From contig PBMO01000021.1 of assembly GCA_002722595.1 (NCBI GenBank), positions 3,217 through 67,216 of the forward strand: a stretch of DNA of 64,000 nucleotides, given 5' to 3'. A model generated the notes under the pieces. The model searched no databases. It had not been told where the DNA came from and saw nothing but the letters and a program-made list of their open reading frames with translations. The stretch comes from Methanobacteriota archaeon (GTDB lineage: Archaea > Thermoplasmatota > Poseidoniia > Poseidoniales > Thalassarchaeaceae). Each line of letters starts with the position of its first letter. Within the stretch, counting starts at the first letter, position 1. Positions 55,247 through 63,519 of the stretch are shown here, one piece after another. Both the position numbers and the translations under genes were made by a program.

Positions 55247-56620
55247 ATGAAATTTGAATATGAAACTCGGACAGAAACACCCCGTCATGAAGTGTTTAAC
55301 TGGTTCGAAAGAAAGGGCTCATTCATCCGATTAATGCCTCCTTGGGAAGTAGCAGATTTAGTCAGTTCAGATGACAGTTTAGAAGACGGTGCAAAACGTA
55401 TTTTCCGTTTTCCAATGGGTCCGATAAAAATGACTTGGGTTGCTGAACATACAGGATATAATCCTCCCGAAAAATTCGAAGATGTAATGAAAAAGGGTCC
55501 ATTCAGTAGTTGGCACCATGTACATCGTTTTGTCGATACGGGTGGTTCGACAATTGTGCAGGAAAACATCGATTACAAATTACCACTCGGAGTTCTCGGT
55601 AGAGTATTTGGTTCACGTATGGTTCGCAAGCGTTTAGATCGCATGTTCAAAGCTAGAGAAGTAAGATTGATTCGTGATCTTGAAAGACACTCGGATTTTT
55701 CTCATATATCAAGAAAAAAGATACTCATTGCAGGGTCTTCAGGACTAATTGGTACACAATTAGTAGCATTTTTAGATACAGGGGGGCATGATGTTTGGCG
55801 CCTAGTTCGTCGCAGAATAAAGGATGGGGAGAAAGAGATTTTTTGGAATCCAGACACTGGAGAAATAGATCCCACAGATATTGAGGGTTTTGATATCGTA
55901 ATACATCTTGGAGGCGCGGGTATTGGAGACAAAAGGTGGTCGAAGAAACGCAAAGAGCTGATTGTTTCGTCCCGGAAAAACTCGACCACACTTTTATCCG
56001 ATACACTGAGTAGTCTTGAGAAAAAACCTGAAGTTTTCCTAATTGCAAGCGCAATTGGTTACTATGGCGATAGAGGAGACGAAATTTTAACCGAGAAAAG
56101 CCCACATGGGGAAGGATTCCTAACTGAAACAGTTCTTGCTTGGGAAGATTATTCACAGTCTGCCCGAAAATCAGGAATACGTGTAATCAAGATAAGAAAT
56201 GGGATAGTACTCTCTGCAATAGGAGGGGCACTCGGCAGAATGCTCTTGCCATGGAAAATGGGTGGAGGCGGACGTATTGGAAATGGGAAACAGTGGATGT
56301 CATGGATATCAATGGATGATGAAATTTATGCGATCCACCATTTGATTATGAGCAAAGAAACCGAAGGTGCATACAATTTGACAGCCCCTAATCCTGCTAG
56401 GCAGAAAGTATTCGCAAAAGTTCTCGGAAAAGTATTGAGGCGTCCTGCATTTGCCCCAATTCCAAAAATCTCCATGCGTATTTTGTTTGGGGAGTTAGCA
56501 GGTCCGTTATTGTTCGAAGGTCAACATGTACTACCCAGTCGTTTGCAACAATCTGGCTACCAATTTGTCCATGAAAAACTCGAACAGGCACTTCGTGATA
56601 CTCTTGGTGTTTGGAGATGA
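55247..56620 (+). CDS. Fusion of an SRPBCC (START/polyketide-cyclase-like) domain and a TIGR01777-type NAD-binding epimerase-family domain with DUF1731 C-terminus
   Basis: The N-terminal roughly 140 aa are SRPBCC-like. They are followed by ILIAGSSGLIGTQLVAFL (Rossmann fold). The C-terminal GQHVLPSRLQQSGYQFVHEKLEQALRD is typical of YfcH/TIGR01777. GAGGT lies 6 nt upstream of the ATG. Confidence 0.75.
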   Translation: MKFEYETRTETPRHEVFNWFERKGSFIRLMPPWEVADLVSSDDSLEDGAKRIFRFPMGPIKMTWVAEHTGYNPPEKFEDVMKKGPFSSWHHVHRFVDTGGSTIVQENIDYKLPLGVLGRVFGSRMVRKRLDRMFKAREVRLIRDLERHSDFSHISRKKILIAGSSGLIGTQLVAFLDTGGHDVWRLVRRRIKDGEKEIFWNPDTGEIDPTDIEGFDIVIHLGGAGIGDKRWSKKRKELIVSSRKNSTTLLSDTLSSLEKKPEVFLIASAIGYYGDRGDEILTEKSPHGEGFLTETVLAWEDYSQSARKSGIRVIKIRNGIVLSAIGGALGRMLLPWKMGGGGRIGNGKQWMSWISMDDEIYAIHHLIMSKETEGAYNLTAPNPARQKVFAKVLGKVLRRPAFAPIPKISMRILFGELAGPLLFEGQHVLPSRLQQSGYQFVHEKLEQALRDTLGVWR

Positions 56621-56624
56621 GAGA

Positions 56625-57092
56625 ATGGATACTCATGCGTTTTGGATCGGCGAAAAATTCCCTGATTTCTCTTTAAAAGACGATTCTGACGGTATTTATT
56701 CAAAAGCAGATTTACTTGGTGATTGGTCTGTAATATTCTTCTACCCTAAAGATGGTTCACCAGGGTGCACCATTGAGTCCTGTTTTTTCCGTGACAAACA
56801 ATCGAAAATAGAAAGCCTTGGCGCCAAAATAATCGGCATATCGGCGGATTCAGTTTCCCGTCATCAGAAATTCAAAGAAAAGCATAACATCCAATTTAAA
56901 TTACTCAGCGACCCTCAGAATCGTCTGCCAAAAAAGCTGCGCCTAAAACGGACACTTGGCTTCATGCGCGCCCGAGTCACCTTTGTTGTTGATCCTGAAG
57001 GAGTCATTCAGGCAACGACAACATCACAATTTAACCCAATCAAACACGTAACTAGGACAATACGCCAATTGAGAAAATTAACCTCAAATTAG
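56625..57092 (+). CDS. bcp: Bcp/PrxQ-like thiol peroxidase (second copy)
   Basis: FPDFSLKDD...VIFFYPKDGSPGCTIESC is present. The ATG lies 4 nt after the previous stop. Confidence 0.8.
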   Translation: MDTHAFWIGEKFPDFSLKDDSDGIYSKADLLGDWSVIFFYPKDGSPGCTIESCFFRDKQSKIESLGAKIIGISADSVSRHQKFKEKHNIQFKLLSDPQNRLPKKLRLKRTLGFMRARVTFVVDPEGVIQATTTSQFNPIKHVTRTIRQLRKLTSN

Positions 57093-58096
57093 GCAGTTAT
57101 TGACCAGATACCCAATGCACTGAGGGCGAATCTGATTTTTCTCATGAAGCCTAACTTTATTCGTGAAGATAGTACATCTCCTTCTCGGCGTTCCACCTCA
57201 TTCAAGATTTCTCCATAGACAATGCACATCATTTCTGGAGATTTTCGAGCCTTACGATCAAGAAGTGGTAATAGACGCATGGCATTGTCTCGATGGGTCT
57301 TTGCTCTGTGGACATAATGGCGCATGAAATTTTGCCACCTAGTTGTTCTAGCTAGAGCAGGGTCACTTAATTCTTTGATATCTATGTCAAATCTTGATAA
57401 TTCATCCATTGGAAGATAAACGCGTCCACGTGCGAGATCCTCATCAATATCGCGAAGAACATTTACCATTTGGAGGAAAATACCCATTTCTTCGGCATGT
57501 TCTCGTGCATTTGGATCAGTGTAACCATAAATCTCAATGAGAGAGAGTCCTACAGTCGATGCAACTTTGAAACAATATGAACGCATTTCCTCAAAAGTTC
57601 GATATTCAGTAGGGAATAAATCATCAGCCATACCTTCAAGCAATGTCCTCAAATCATCAATCCGAACTGAGAACTTCTCGATAGTATCTTGTAATGCAAT
57701 GAAGATTGGAGAATACACTTCCTTCCCATTTTCAATTAAGTTCAAGTTTTCATGGAACCACAATAGTGCTCTTACCCTCCGGACGAAATCATCTGATTGA
57801 TGTGATTCACATTGCCTATCTACAATCATTTGCAAAGCAGTATTTTCAGCTCTTTCATCAAGGTGTGATAAATCTACATCTGGCTGCCAATCACCATCGA
57901 CTATGTCATCTGCTCGTCGACAAAAAGCGTATAGTGCGAATACGGATTTTCTCCTTTCTTCATCAAGATAGCGAAATGAGCGCATGAATGATGTTGATGC
58001 AGAACGAGTGATATTCTCACACACGGTATAGGCCTGCGTAATTATTTTTTGACGAGATTCTAAACGAGAATCTGAATCCAAAAACGCCGAAGCCAT
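57089..58096 (-). CDS. crtB: Phytoene synthase (squalene/phytoene synthase family)
   Basis: YAFCRRADDIVDG and the second Asp-rich motif LRDIDEDLARGRVYLP are present. Confidence 0.9.
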   Translation of the reverse strand: MASAFLDSDSRLESRQKIITQAYTVCENITRSASTSFMRSFRYLDEERRKSVFALYAFCRRADDIVDGDWQPDVDLSHLDERAENTALQMIVDRQCESHQSDDFVRRVRALLWFHENLNLIENGKEVYSPIFIALQDTIEKFSVRIDDLRTLLEGMADDLFPTEYRTFEEMRSYCFKVASTVGLSLIEIYGYTDPNAREHAEEMGIFLQMVNVLRDIDEDLARGRVYLPMDELSRFDIDIKELSDPALARTTRWQNFMRHYVHRAKTHRDNAMRLLPLLDRKARKSPEMMCIVYGEILNEVERREGDVLSSRIKLGFMRKIRFALSALGIWSITA

Positions 58097-58176
58097 AGGC
58101 TTCGTTCATCCTCCTCACTTATGAAGGGCTGTTTTGTTCAACGATGTCATATCGTATAGTGTGAGGATGCACCACT

Positions 58177-59082
58177 TCATCCTTTGAGCCCTTTAATCAT
58201 GGTATCAACCATTTTATCAAGATCAAATTCAGGTTTCCAGCCCCATTCCAATCGTGCAACTTCGTCTTCAATTTCATCAGGCCAAGAATCAGCATAATTT
58301 TGTCGAATATCAGGCGTGAACGTACAGGTAAAGTCTGGTAAATGGCGTTGAATACTCCCAACTAATTCTTTTGCTGTAAATGAACAACCCGCTATATTGT
58401 AGCCACCTCTTGCCGCACCTAATTTTTCCATAGGGATGTCCATTAATTCCAATGTGGCGCGAATTGCATCATCCATGTACATCATTGGTAATCGAGTGTC
58501 TTCTCGCACAAAACAGTCATAGTGTCCATCCTTCAAAGCAGCATGGAATATTTCCACAGCATAGTCGGTAGTACCCCCTCCTGCAGGCGCTTTGTAGGAT
58601 ACTAACCCTGGATATCGAATACCTCGCATATCTATTCCAGAGGTAATTGCCATTTGTTCACCAACCACCTTTGTTTTACCATATATTGTCGCTGGGTTAA
58701 GAGGAGTTACTTGCGGTGCAATCTTTGGACAATCAGGTCCAAAAACTGCGATTGATGATGGAGAAAATAAACGACAATCGTATTTCTTTGCAATTTCAAC
58801 AACATTCTCTAATCCTACAACATTAATGTCCCAGCATAATTCAGGATTTTTTTCTCCTGTTGCCGAAAGCAAAGCTGCGAGGTGATAAATCTCTGACACA
58901 TTTTCCTCACGAACCAGATAATCAATACCCTCTAAATCCAGAACATTTAGTACTCGACAATCATCATTTTCACGGACATCAGTTGGTATAACTGCATCAT
59001 ATCCGTGCACATTTCGTAAGGCCGTGACCAATTCCGTCCCGATTTGCCCAAGGGCGCCGGTGACAAGAATGCGCTTACCCAT
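58177..59082 (-). CDS. NAD-dependent epimerase/dehydratase-family SDR, most like the UDP-galactose-4-epimerase-like L-threonine 3-dehydrogenases
   Basis: ILVTGALGQIGTEL and YxxxK (YGKTK) are present. The overall length and N-terminus resemble SDR-type TDH, but the substrate call is tentative. The ORF opens at 59127. Confidence 0.7.
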   Translation of the reverse strand: MGKRILVTGALGQIGTELVTALRNVHGYDAVIPTDVRENDDCRVLNVLDLEGIDYLVREENVSEIYHLAALLSATGEKNPELCWDINVVGLENVVEIAKKYDCRLFSPSSIAVFGPDCPKIAPQVTPLNPATIYGKTKVVGEQMAITSGIDMRGIRYPGLVSYKAPAGGGTTDYAVEIFHAALKDGHYDCFVREDTRLPMMYMDDAIRATLELMDIPMEKLGAARGGYNIAGCSFTAKELVGSIQRHLPDFTCTFTPDIRQNYADSWPDEIEDEVARLEWGWKPEFDLDKMVDTMIKGLKG

Positions 59083-59204
59083 ATACATAGTCAATTTTTG
59101 ACGATACTTGAACATGGGGGAGACCACGTCAAGGAGTCATGAACAAGTTCATCCGGGCGAATGTTCATAGGCATGACTCACTTCATGTAAACCCCGTTGA
59201 TGGC

Positions 59205-60857
59205 ATGAAGTACGTCGTAGTGTCGGGCGGAGTCCTTAGTGGGATTGGAAAAGGGGTAACGGCCTCAAGCATAGGTGTGTTGCTGAAATCAATGGGCCTT
59301 CGAGTCACTGCGATAAAGATTGATCCATATTTGAATAGTGATGCTGGGACCATGAGTCCGTTTGAACATGGTGAAGTGTTTGTGCTCGATGATGGCGGCG
59401 AAGTAGATTTAGACTTGGGTAATTACGAGCGGTTCTTAGATATTCGACTTGGTCGAGATAACAATCTAACAACTGGAAAAGTTTACTCTGGAGTAATCGA
59501 ACGTGAGCGAAGAGGAGATTATCTTGGAAAAACCGTTCAGGTAGTCCCCCACATTACCGATGAGATTCAAAATTGGGTTGAAAGGGTTGCTGCTCAATCT
59601 ACTGATGGTTCGGGCGAGACACCCGATGTGTGTGTAATTGAGCTTGGAGGAACGGTTGGCGACATCGAGAGTGCACCATTTGTAGAGGCACTTCGACAGT
59701 TCCAATTTAGGGTTGGCCGAGAAAACATGTGTTTATTCCATGTTTCATTGGTTCCTGTAATTGGAGTAGTTGGTGAACAAAAAACAAAGCCCACTCAGCA
59801 CACAGTTAAGGAACTAAGAGCAGCAGGCTTAGCACCTGACTTCCTCGTTTGTCGAAGTAGCGAACCCCTACTTTCAGAAGTTAAGGAGAAATTATCCTCT
59901 TTTTGTCATGTTGAACCCTCAAATGTGTATAGTGCCCATGATGTTCCAAACATCTACCATGTTGCTCTAATGCTTGATGAACAAGGAGTCACATCGAAAC
60001 TATCGGATAGATTGGGACTACCACTTCCCGCTTCACGACCAGTTCTTGATTCATGGAGAAAAATGGCAGAAAGAGTAGATAATTTGGATAAAGATGTCCG
60101 AATTTCTATGGTTGGTAAGTACACTGGACTGTCTGATTCCTATCTCAGTGTAATCAAGGCATTACAACATTCTGCGTTTAATGCTGGTGCGCGAATCAAT
60201 ATCGATTGGGTCGAAGCCGAATATCTTGAACCTCACCAAGAAAAGTCGAATCCAGAGAAATATGCGGCTTATTGGCAAATGATCAAAGATTCCGATGGAG
60301 TGTTGGTCCCAGGTGGCTTTGGCAATCGTGGTGTAGAAGGCAAGATGTGTGCTGCACGCTATTGTCGAGAAACCGGTAAACCTTACCTAGGCATCTGCCT
60401 AGGTTTACAAATTGCAGTGATTGACTTCGCACGTGACGTTCTTGGCAAGGTGGGGGCCAATAGTACCGAATTCGATGAAGACACACCTCACCCGACAGTC
60501 ATTTTCATGCCTGAAGGTAGCCGTACCCACATGGGTGGAACCATGCGATTAGGAAGCCGTCAAACCAATCTACAAACTGAAGATTGTGACGCATACCGTC
60601 TATATGGTGGTGAGATGGAAATCCACGAGCGACATCGCCACAGATACGAAGTCAATCCAGATATGGTTGACGAGTTAGAAGCCGCAGGTCTGCGATTTGT
60701 TGGTAAAGACACCGAAGGAGAACGTATGGAAATAATCGAACTCACTGGACACCCCTATTTCTTCGCGACTCAGTATCACCCGGAATTCAAGAGTCGACCT
60801 AATCGCCCGAGCCCACCATTTGTGGGACTCATTGAAGCAGCACTGAACGCACAATAG
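59205..60857 (+). CDS. pyrG: CTP synthase
   Basis: [17 protein letters not shown] is the N-terminus. GICLGLQ carries the glutamine amidotransferase Cys, and HRHRYEVN is present. The ORF opens at 59139. Confidence 0.96.
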   Translation: MKYVVVSGGVLSGIGKGVTASSIGVLLKSMGLRVTAIKIDPYLNSDAGTMSPFEHGEVFVLDDGGEVDLDLGNYERFLDIRLGRDNNLTTGKVYSGVIERERRGDYLGKTVQVVPHITDEIQNWVERVAAQSTDGSGETPDVCVIELGGTVGDIESAPFVEALRQFQFRVGRENMCLFHVSLVPVIGVVGEQKTKPTQHTVKELRAAGLAPDFLVCRSSEPLLSEVKEKLSSFCHVEPSNVYSAHDVPNIYHVALMLDEQGVTSKLSDRLGLPLPASRPVLDSWRKMAERVDNLDKDVRISMVGKYTGLSDSYLSVIKALQHSAFNAGARINIDWVEAEYLEPHQEKSNPEKYAAYWQMIKDSDGVLVPGGFGNRGVEGKMCAARYCRETGKPYLGICLGLQIAVIDFARDVLGKVGANSTEFDEDTPHPTVIFMPEGSRTHMGGTMRLGSRQTNLQTEDCDAYRLYGGEMEIHERHRHRYEVNPDMVDELEAAGLRFVGKDTEGERMEIIELTGHPYFFATQYHPEFKSRPNRPSPPFVGLIEAALNAQ

Positions 60858-60861
60858 ATTT

Positions 60862-61113
60862 TCACTGTCGATCAATTTCTGGGACGGGGCAGGGTAACGG
60901 GTCACATTCACAAGTTTTCAGAACAATTGCTTGAAGAAATAGTGGTTTTCCATCAACATCATTTGTTCTTTGAATCCCACCCTGTGGCCGCCAGCCCTCA
61001 GAAAGCTTGTCGTTTACGAGTGAAATAAGGCCTTGGTTAACCATAGATGGCCAATTGGCAACCCCAAGTGGTTTATCTTCCATATGATTTGCAGTGATTA
61101 TGTTATATCGCAT
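60862..61113 (-). CDS. DUF1737-like small protein (83 aa)
   Basis: Y.IIT...VNDKLSEGWRPQGGI...LQAIVLK matches my memory of the DUF1737 pattern (Y.iv...vn..l.eGW.P.GG....QAm). This is tentative. Confidence 0.45.
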   Translation of the reverse strand: MRYNIITANHMEDKPLGVANWPSMVNQGLISLVNDKLSEGWRPQGGIQRTNDVDGKPLFLQAIVLKTCECDPLPCPVPEIDRQ

Positions 61114-61147
61114 AGGAGTGGACCTAGATTCCGACTTACTTGAACCC

Positions 61148-62266
61148 TTACTCTACAGCCACCCGAAGAAGTCGAGTTGTTCGATATCCCTGTAGAACCT
61201 TGAGATATTTCTTGGTCTGAAATTCAGCATCCAAGTTAGTATCTCCTGTATCTATTCTCAATTGATTAACAGTCAACATTTTTGCAGGCGTGACTACACC
61301 CATAACAGCCTCAATCCCAATCGCTCGCAATACGTCCGGGGATAGTTGTAAATTCCCGCGACCCAAGAGAAACCCTTGTCCTCCCATTGGAGAAACCAAT
61401 AGTGTACACTCTCCCTTGTGGTTGGAGATCAGTTTCAATAAAGATTCTTCATTTAGATCAGTTCCAATTTGTTTTCCCCCGATTGTTGCATCGATTCCGA
61501 GTAAAGTTGGGGCAAAACCAATTCCCTCTCCAATAGTTCGCAACGTCCCCCCTGAACCCCAGATGACTAAACGTTCAGAATCTTCAACGAACACTTCCCG
61601 AATATGATCCCCGAGAGCCTCCAGAACTTCATCCTCTTCAGTCGCCTGCACACGCATCTTTGCACCTTGCATCCAACGAGGACTTGCCGGCATCATAGCC
61701 TCCCCATACATTCGAACAGACCAGCGACCTTGACGATACACTTCTTCATCCAGATCCATCACCTCGGTTCGAGCCAATAGCAAATCTCCTTCCAGCCAAG
61801 CGATTAGCACTTCAGCTGCAGCGTTTGGCGATGCTGCAAAACAACCACTGTGCATTTTGACTCCTCCCGGGACTCCAATAATCGGCAAATCTGGGTCACT
61901 CAATGCCTCGACAATGTCTCTAGTTGTGCCATCTCCCCCGGCATATAGCAATAATTCAATATCAGAATCGCACAATGATTTGACAGCCTCTTGAGTAGTT
62001 TGAGCAGAGGTCCTTTTTGGTGTTTCAAAGATTACAGTATGGTCAATAGGGCACCAATTTGAGCCCATATTCCCTGAACAAGTTAAAATCTCAACATCCT
62101 CTAATCTGTCATGGCACCGCTGTAATGCTAACATCATACGTGGTCCAGAACGATCCTCTGCACCGGCGGCTCTTGCTTCATCTGCCCGTCCATCACTGCC
62201 TTTGAATCCAAGCCGACCACCAAGTCCGGCATCTGGATTCACAATCATGCCTATGCGGCGGGCCAT
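61148..62266 (-). CDS. ATP-NAD kinase-like protein (COG3199/AcoX-like family)
   Basis: IGMIVNPDAG...LLLYAGGDGTTRD...IIGVPGGVKMHSG is the NAD-kinase/DAG-kinase fold signature. The start is placed at the ATG at 62266. The ORF opens at 62281. Confidence 0.7.
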   Translation of the reverse strand: MARRIGMIVNPDAGLGGRLGFKGSDGRADEARAAGAEDRSGPRMMLALQRCHDRLEDVEILTCSGNMGSNWCPIDHTVIFETPKRTSAQTTQEAVKSLCDSDIELLLYAGGDGTTRDIVEALSDPDLPIIGVPGGVKMHSGCFAASPNAAAEVLIAWLEGDLLLARTEVMDLDEEVYRQGRWSVRMYGEAMMPASPRWMQGAKMRVQATEEDEVLEALGDHIREVFVEDSERLVIWGSGGTLRTIGEGIGFAPTLLGIDATIGGKQIGTDLNEESLLKLISNHKGECTLLVSPMGGQGFLLGRGNLQLSPDVLRAIGIEAVMGVVTPAKMLTVNQLRIDTGDTNLDAEFQTKKYLKVLQGYRTTRLLRVAVE

Positions 62267-62295
62267 GTCTGCGCCAAGCAATTGGAGGGCATCAA

Positions 62296-62314
62296 TCCTG
62301 CCCTAGGGGCAGGA
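62296..62314. other. GC-rich hairpin TCCTGCCC-TAG-GGGCAGGA
   Basis: 8-bp stem read directly from the sequence. It lies in the divergent intergenic region, 48 nt upstream of the ATG at 62362. Confidence 0.35.
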
Positions 62315-62361
62315 CCCCATGAAGCCACATATTTCAAGGGGTAGAGTAGGAGTCGAAGTAC

Positions 62362-63453
62362 ATGGCGGACGAGGACCTCGACACGATTGAGAACATCTTC
62401 GCCAAAGACATGGATAGGCTTCTAGCTGCCAGAGAAGAGTTGGACAGCGCTCCTCCAGAGGAACCGGAATCAGTTGCAGATGCTTTTGAAATAGCAACTA
62501 CGCCACTTCCACCCGGCCCTCCTACTCCAGATCCTTTGACGCCCCCAACTGGACCTCCATCACCACCTCCTGGCCCCCCAGAATCAGATCCTCTGTTAGC
62601 CCCACTAGGGCTTCCATCTGCACCTGCAAGTCAGCCTACTTCTGCTCCCCCACCTGGCGTATTTGGAGCTCCACCTGGGCCACCTCCTAGTGGCCCTCCA
62701 TCATCGCCACCAGGCCCTCCATCTGCACCGCCGATGGATGCGATGCCTCCCGGTCCACCCGCGCCTCCATCTGCACCGCCGATGGATGCGATGCCTCCCG
62801 GTCCACCAGGTCCTCCATCTGCACCATCGATGGATGCGATGCCTCCCGGCCCACCAGGTCCTCCATCTGCACCGTCGATGGATGCGATGCCCCCCGGTCC
62901 ACCAGGTCCTCCATCTGCACCGCCGATGGATTTGCTCCTCCAAGGTGAACCCACTTCAATCACAGATATTTCTCAATTAGTAAATGAGATGGATAATGAA
63001 ATGTCTGATGCACCAGATCTATCTTCAGAATCACATATGGATGCATTGCTATCTGCAATGCCCTCAAGCCCCCCTCTAGTCGAAGAGATTTCAGAAGCCC
63101 CGCCTTCAACCCTCACTGATCACTTTGAAGAACCAGGTCCAGTTATACCAACCACTCCTCGCTTTGACAGAGTTGACATTGACTCATGGGATTCGAATTG
63201 GGGTGAAGATTGGAAGGAGGATGCCAGTGTGTTTGTTTCCGAAGATACGGGGCAGGTTCCAGCAGCTGTTCAAGACGATGTTGAATGGGACTCAGAAGCG
63301 GGCAGTGAACAGGAATTACAAATTGAAGAATCTCTCCCCAATAAATCTACTTTGAACCGTATGAAGAAGGCTGAATTGGTTTCTCTAGCAGAAAGTCATG
63401 GAGTAGAAGCCACTGGTACAAAAGCGCAAATCATCGAGCGTCTGCTATCTTGA
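62362..63453 (+). CDS. Cytoplasmic proline-rich repeat protein with a C-terminal SAP/HeH (Rho-N-like) DNA/RNA-binding motif
   Basis: No signal peptide or TM helix. About 190 aa are PPGPP-rich, including five MDAMPPGPPGPPSAP units, followed by an acidic linker. The C-terminal LNRMKKAELVSLAESHGVEATGTKAQIIERLLS fits the SAP pattern (L..lkv.EL...l...Gl...G.K..LI.RL). Confidence 0.75.
   Translation: MADEDLDTIENIFAKDMDRLLAAREELDSAPPEEPESVADAFEIATTPLPPGPPTPDPLTPPTGPPSPPPGPPESDPLLAPLGLPSAPASQPTSAPPPGVFGAPPGPPPSGPPSSPPGPPSAPPMDAMPPGPPAPPSAPPMDAMPPGPPGPPSAPSMDAMPPGPPGPPSAPSMDAMPPGPPGPPSAPPMDLLLQGEPTSITDISQLVNEMDNEMSDAPDLSSESHMDALLSAMPSSPPLVEEISEAPPSTLTDHFEEPGPVIPTTPRFDRVDIDSWDSNWGEDWKEDASVFVSEDTGQVPAAVQDDVEWDSEAGSEQELQIEESLPNKSTLNRMKKAELVSLAESHGVEATGTKAQIIERLLS
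62707..62931 (+). repeat. Coding tandem repeat, 48-bp unit x about 4.7 copies
   Basis: Units begin at 62707, 62755, 62803, 62851 and 62899 (CCACCAGGYCCTCCATCTGCACCRYCGATGGATGCGATGCCYCCCGGY). They are in frame and encode PPGPPSAP(P/S)MDAMPPG. Confidence 0.9.
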
Positions 63454-63488
63454 ACGTGTTTCTTGCCATCGCCTTGATATGCAATATT

Positions 63489-63505
63489 CGGCCCCGTAGG
63501 GGCCG
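63489..63505 (+). other. GC-rich hairpin CGGCCCC-GTA-GGGGCCG between the SAP-protein gene and thrS
   Basis: 7-bp stem read directly from the sequence. It lies 36 nt after the upstream stop and is followed by GGAGG and the thrS GTG. The stem sequence is nearly identical to the hairpin at 11708-11727. Confidence 0.4.
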
Positions 63506-63519
63506 TAGGAGGTTAGTAC

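Noticed and set aside
58097-58176. Imperfect inverted repeat CATCCTCCTCAC...GTGAGGATG between the tdh-like gene and crtB, considered as a terminator
   Set aside because: The arms are imperfect and separated by about 40 nt, and no T-run follows. This is not convincing.
62631-62980. Four overlapping 80-110-aa ORFs in other frames and strands of the proline-repeat region (a Gly-rich one and His/Arg/Trp-rich ones); the repeat array was also considered as a CRISPR-like locus
   Set aside because: These ORFs are by-products of a stop-free GC-rich tandem repeat. The repeats are contiguous 48-bp units with no unique spacers and are in frame with a 363-aa ORF that has defined non-repetitive ends, so this is not a CRISPR array.
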